Below, in pieces: positions 58,993 through 61,055 of a stretch of DNA of 61,055 bases. A program made the position numbers and the translations under genes. Under the pieces are notes generated by a model that saw only the letters and a program-made list of their open reading frames with translations, ran no database searches and was not told the DNA's origin. The DNA is taken from assembly GCA_013375475.1 (NCBI GenBank), contig JABXKD010000011.1, positions 1-61,055 of the forward strand, written 5' to 3'. Source of the stretch: Promethearchaeota archaeon. Lineage in GTDB: Archaea; Asgardarchaeota; Lokiarchaeia; Sigyniarchaeales; SOKP01. Every line of letters begins with the position of its first letter. Position 1 is the first letter of the stretch.

Positions 58993-59721
58993 TTGATGAG
59001 ATATCAGAAAATAACATTAGAGATATTGATTATTTTACTCTGCTTATATTATTTTATTCTACCCATTCAAGCATTAAAAACCTCTCCAACATTTATATTG
59101 GGAGATTCGTGTGTCCCAATGGATGAAGAGGGTTTCATTGAATATGATTTTGAATCATCTGTAGCACCTTCACTCTCAAAGGTAGAGGTAAAGATTCTCA
59201 ATATCTATCAATTAAATAACAATCCTCCCCTATTGGTTGTGAATATTTCTGTTAGTGAATTAAATCCAAACATTAATGAATATGAAGCACTAATTGTGGA
59301 TTCTATAGAATTTGCTAACCAAACTTGTTTATTATATAATAAAACAGAACAATACTTTCGATATAATCAAAACATGGAGAATTTATTAACCAATGGATTT
59401 GGAGGTTTTTATTTAATGCCTAACGATCCAGTTGACATAAACATTGTAAAGGGTTACATTGATGCCTATACATCTTGGTCTGCTAGTGTAGAGGAAAATA
59501 CAATTACGATTGAAATTAATAATGATCAAGCAATCCTTCAATATAACGATCAAGGAATACTAATTAAAGAAGAAATAAAATCAGCGGGTCAAATAGTATC
59601 CACATTAAGCATGGTTGTGACCAACGAGCCTACCATTTCCTTTGGGGGATTATTCGCTTTATTCTTCATGATGGCTGTATTTGGATTGGTATTTATTCAG
59701 TGGAATATGAAAAAACGATGA
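58993..59721 (+). CDS. Hypothetical exported protein with C-terminal membrane anchor
   Basis: N-terminal signal-like segment (..ILPIQA); C-terminal PTISFG + hydrophobic helix + KKR. Confidence 0.75.
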   Translation: MMRYQKITLEILIILLCLYYFILPIQALKTSPTFILGDSCVPMDEEGFIEYDFESSVAPSLSKVEVKILNIYQLNNNPPLLVVNISVSELNPNINEYEALIVDSIEFANQTCLLYNKTEQYFRYNQNMENLLTNGFGGFYLMPNDPVDINIVKGYIDAYTSWSASVEENTITIEINNDQAILQYNDQGILIKEEIKSAGQIVSTLSMVVTNEPTISFGGLFALFFMMAVFGLVFIQWNMKKR

Positions 59722-59779
59722 ATCGATGCGTTAGAGATGGCTTGAACTCCTCTATGCTAAATAGCTATAAAATAAGATA

Positions 59780-59793
59780 CAAAAATTTATATA
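59780..59793 (+). promoter_or_regulatory. Archaeal BRE/TATA promoter for the RNase P RNA
   Basis: CAAAAA-TTTATATA ending about 21 nt before the P1 5' end. Confidence 0.7.
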
Positions 59794-59813
59794 AAAAAAC
59801 CTTTTAATTCTTC

Positions 59814-60147
59814 AGTGACACATGAGATATGGGGCTGACGGCGAACTTGATTTGCTGAGGAACCTCGCCTCACATTTCCAAACTTGGAGTAGAGAACTAC
59901 TACGGTGAAAATCGTATTTTAGCAACTGAAACGTCACTGCCCTTTTACACACATTAATGATTTGGATGTAAGCCAGAGAAATTGTAATAGGGAACGGTTG
60001 GAACGAGCTAAAACCAGGGTGCAAGGCCAAATGAAAGCGATGAGTATTTGGAACGAGCTTTAGGTAGGCCGCTTAGTTTGATGCCCCACCTATTTCTTGG
60101 CAACGAGGAATAGAACAAAAAGGCGGGTATATATCTCAGGTGTCGCT
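59814..60147 (+). ncRNA. rnpB: RNase P RNA, archaeal type A
   Basis: Hand fold: P1 AGUGACACAUGAGAUAU/AUAUCUCAGGUGUCGCU; P2 UGGGGC/GCCCCA; CR-I GAGGAA; P4 ACCUCGCCU/AGGCGGGU with bulged U; P6 UUCCAAA/UUUGGAA; P7 CUUGG/CCAGG; P8 AGUAG-AGAA-CUACU; P9 with GAAA loop; P10/11 UUUUAGC/GCUAAAA; P15 GGCC/GGCC; P19 with GCAA loop; CR-V ACAAAA. Confidence 0.95.
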
Positions 60148-60164
60148 TTTTTCATTTATTTTTT
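60147..60164 (+). terminator. Oligo-T terminator after the RNase P RNA
   Basis: TTTTTTCATTTATTTTTT immediately after the P1 3' strand. Confidence 0.55.
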
Positions 60165-60289
60165 AAACATTTAATTAACTCATCATCCACCAAACTAAAT
60201 GTGTCATCTTCAGCGCCACATCTTGGACATTCTTCAGGTATATCATACAGATCAAAAAAATCGCCGCACTTATCACATTTCCACTTCAT
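60152..60289 (-). CDS. Rubredoxin-like/Zn-ribbon microprotein (45 aa)
   Basis: Hand translation MKWKCDKCGDFFDLYDIPEECPRCGAEDDTFSLVDDELIKCLKNK; WxCxxCG...CPxCGA...F pattern. Confidence 0.8.
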   Translation of the reverse strand: MKWKCDKCGDFFDLYDIPEECPRCGAEDDTFSLVDDELIKCLKNK

Positions 60290-60444
60290 AATCGTCTGTT
60301 TCTTGAATATTTGGTCTCGATTCTTTAGAGAATTATGAGTAATTCATACAATAAAATAACTAAAAATGAAATTAAAATTTGTTTATTATGCAATCAAGGT
60401 TTATGAGGAAAAAATAGATAGATATTAGTTTTGATTTTAAGAGT

Positions 60445-61055
60445 TTAAGAATTTTCTACATATTCAATAAGTTTTAACTCATTCTCACTTAGGGTTATTT
60501 CTGCTGCTTTCGCGTTAGCTTCCACGTGTTCGATTTTAAATGCTTTAGGTATAGAGATAACATTTTTATGGTTTATCAGCCATGCTATAGCAATCTGTTG
60601 AATTGTTGCATCATGTGTTTTTGCTATACCGTTTAATTTATCCCCCAACTCTCCTTTTAAAGTGGAAAAACCTCTATGTCCGAGAGGGCTATAAGCCGTC
60701 AAGGTCACTCCATTTTCTTGATAATATGGTAATGACTCTGAAATGTGTTTTTGTTTGGTAATGTTTGCGGGTAATTGATTCGTTACTAAATCGGTATTAA
60801 GAAAGCTCAATCCTTCCTTGAACTGTTCTACTGAGAAATTACTTACTCCAATATACCGAGTCTTCCCCTCTTTTACTAAATGATCCAATATCTTCATTTG
60901 CTTTTCTACTGAGGTGAAAGGAGAAGGCCAATGTATTAAGTACAAATCGAAGTTTTTAATTCCTAAGCGTTTTAAACTCTTACTAGCAGCTTTTTTCATC
61001 GTTCTAAAGTTAAAGTGCATCGGAAATAACTTACTTGTGATAAATAAATCGTCCC
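60445..61055 (-). CDS. Aldo/keto reductase; partial, 5' end beyond the window
   Basis: Frame stays open upstream (DDLFITSKL); DLYLIHWP, IGVSNF, AYSPLG, QIAIAWL, IPK. Confidence 0.92.
   Translation of the reverse strand, partial: DDLFITSKLFPMHFNFRTMKKAASKSLKRLGIKNFDLYLIHWPSPFTSVEKQMKILDHLVKEGKTRYIGVSNFSVEQFKEGLSFLNTDLVTNQLPANITKQKHISESLPYYQENGVTLTAYSPLGHRGFSTLKGELGDKLNGIAKTHDATIQQIAIAWLINHKNVISIPKAFKIEHVEANAKAAEITLSENELKLIEYVENS

Noticed and set aside
59722-59760. Minus-strand GGAGTTCAAGCC segment resembling a tRNA T-loop or att site
   Set aside because: T-stem is mismatched, no cloverleaf forms and no integrase is nearby; at most a weak hairpin
59812-60030. 72-aa minus-strand ORF in the track
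   Set aside because: Antisense to the RNase P RNA, whose pairing explains the composition
1-61055. CRISPR arrays, IS elements, prophage genes, tRNA/rRNA
   Set aside because: None recognised by eye; intergenic gaps are short and show no regular repeats. Not verified computationally.

Overview
AT-rich, gene-dense archaeal chromosomal segment. TATA-box promoters, oligo-T terminators, an archaeal type A RNase P RNA and the gene content suggest an Asgard/Lokiarchaeia-like host; this is inferred, not confirmed. Layout: (1) 1-7.6 kb, an Opp/Dpp-type ABC importer in which BOTH ATPase subunits carry large N-terminal multi-pass membrane domains; (2) 7.8-35.1 kb plus 42.3-43.2 kb, a large acyl-CoA/lipid catabolism region (SDRs, two SCPx-type thiolases, DUF35 protein, three crotonases, CoA-transferase III, CoA ligase, two OYE/2,4-dienoyl-CoA reductases, GlcD/GlcF-like pair, ThDP lyase, esterase with an inserted SCP2-like domain, 3-hydroxyacyl-CoA dehydrogenase, MaoC hydratase, TetR regulator with a candidate 17-bp operator repeated at several promoters); (3) 36.7-46.2 kb, two convergent anchor-less, Tat-less DmsAB-like molybdo/tungstoenzyme operons, one whose DmsB has a whole GltD-like FAD/NAD(P)H module inserted into an Fe-S motif; (4) 46.2-61 kb, hydrolases, an orphan glycyl-radical activase in a run with a sulfatase, a K+-independent H+-PPase, MFS, GNAT, RNase P RNA, an unlisted rubredoxin-like microprotein and a partial aldo/keto reductase. 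No CRISPR array, transposase, tRNA or rRNA was recognised.
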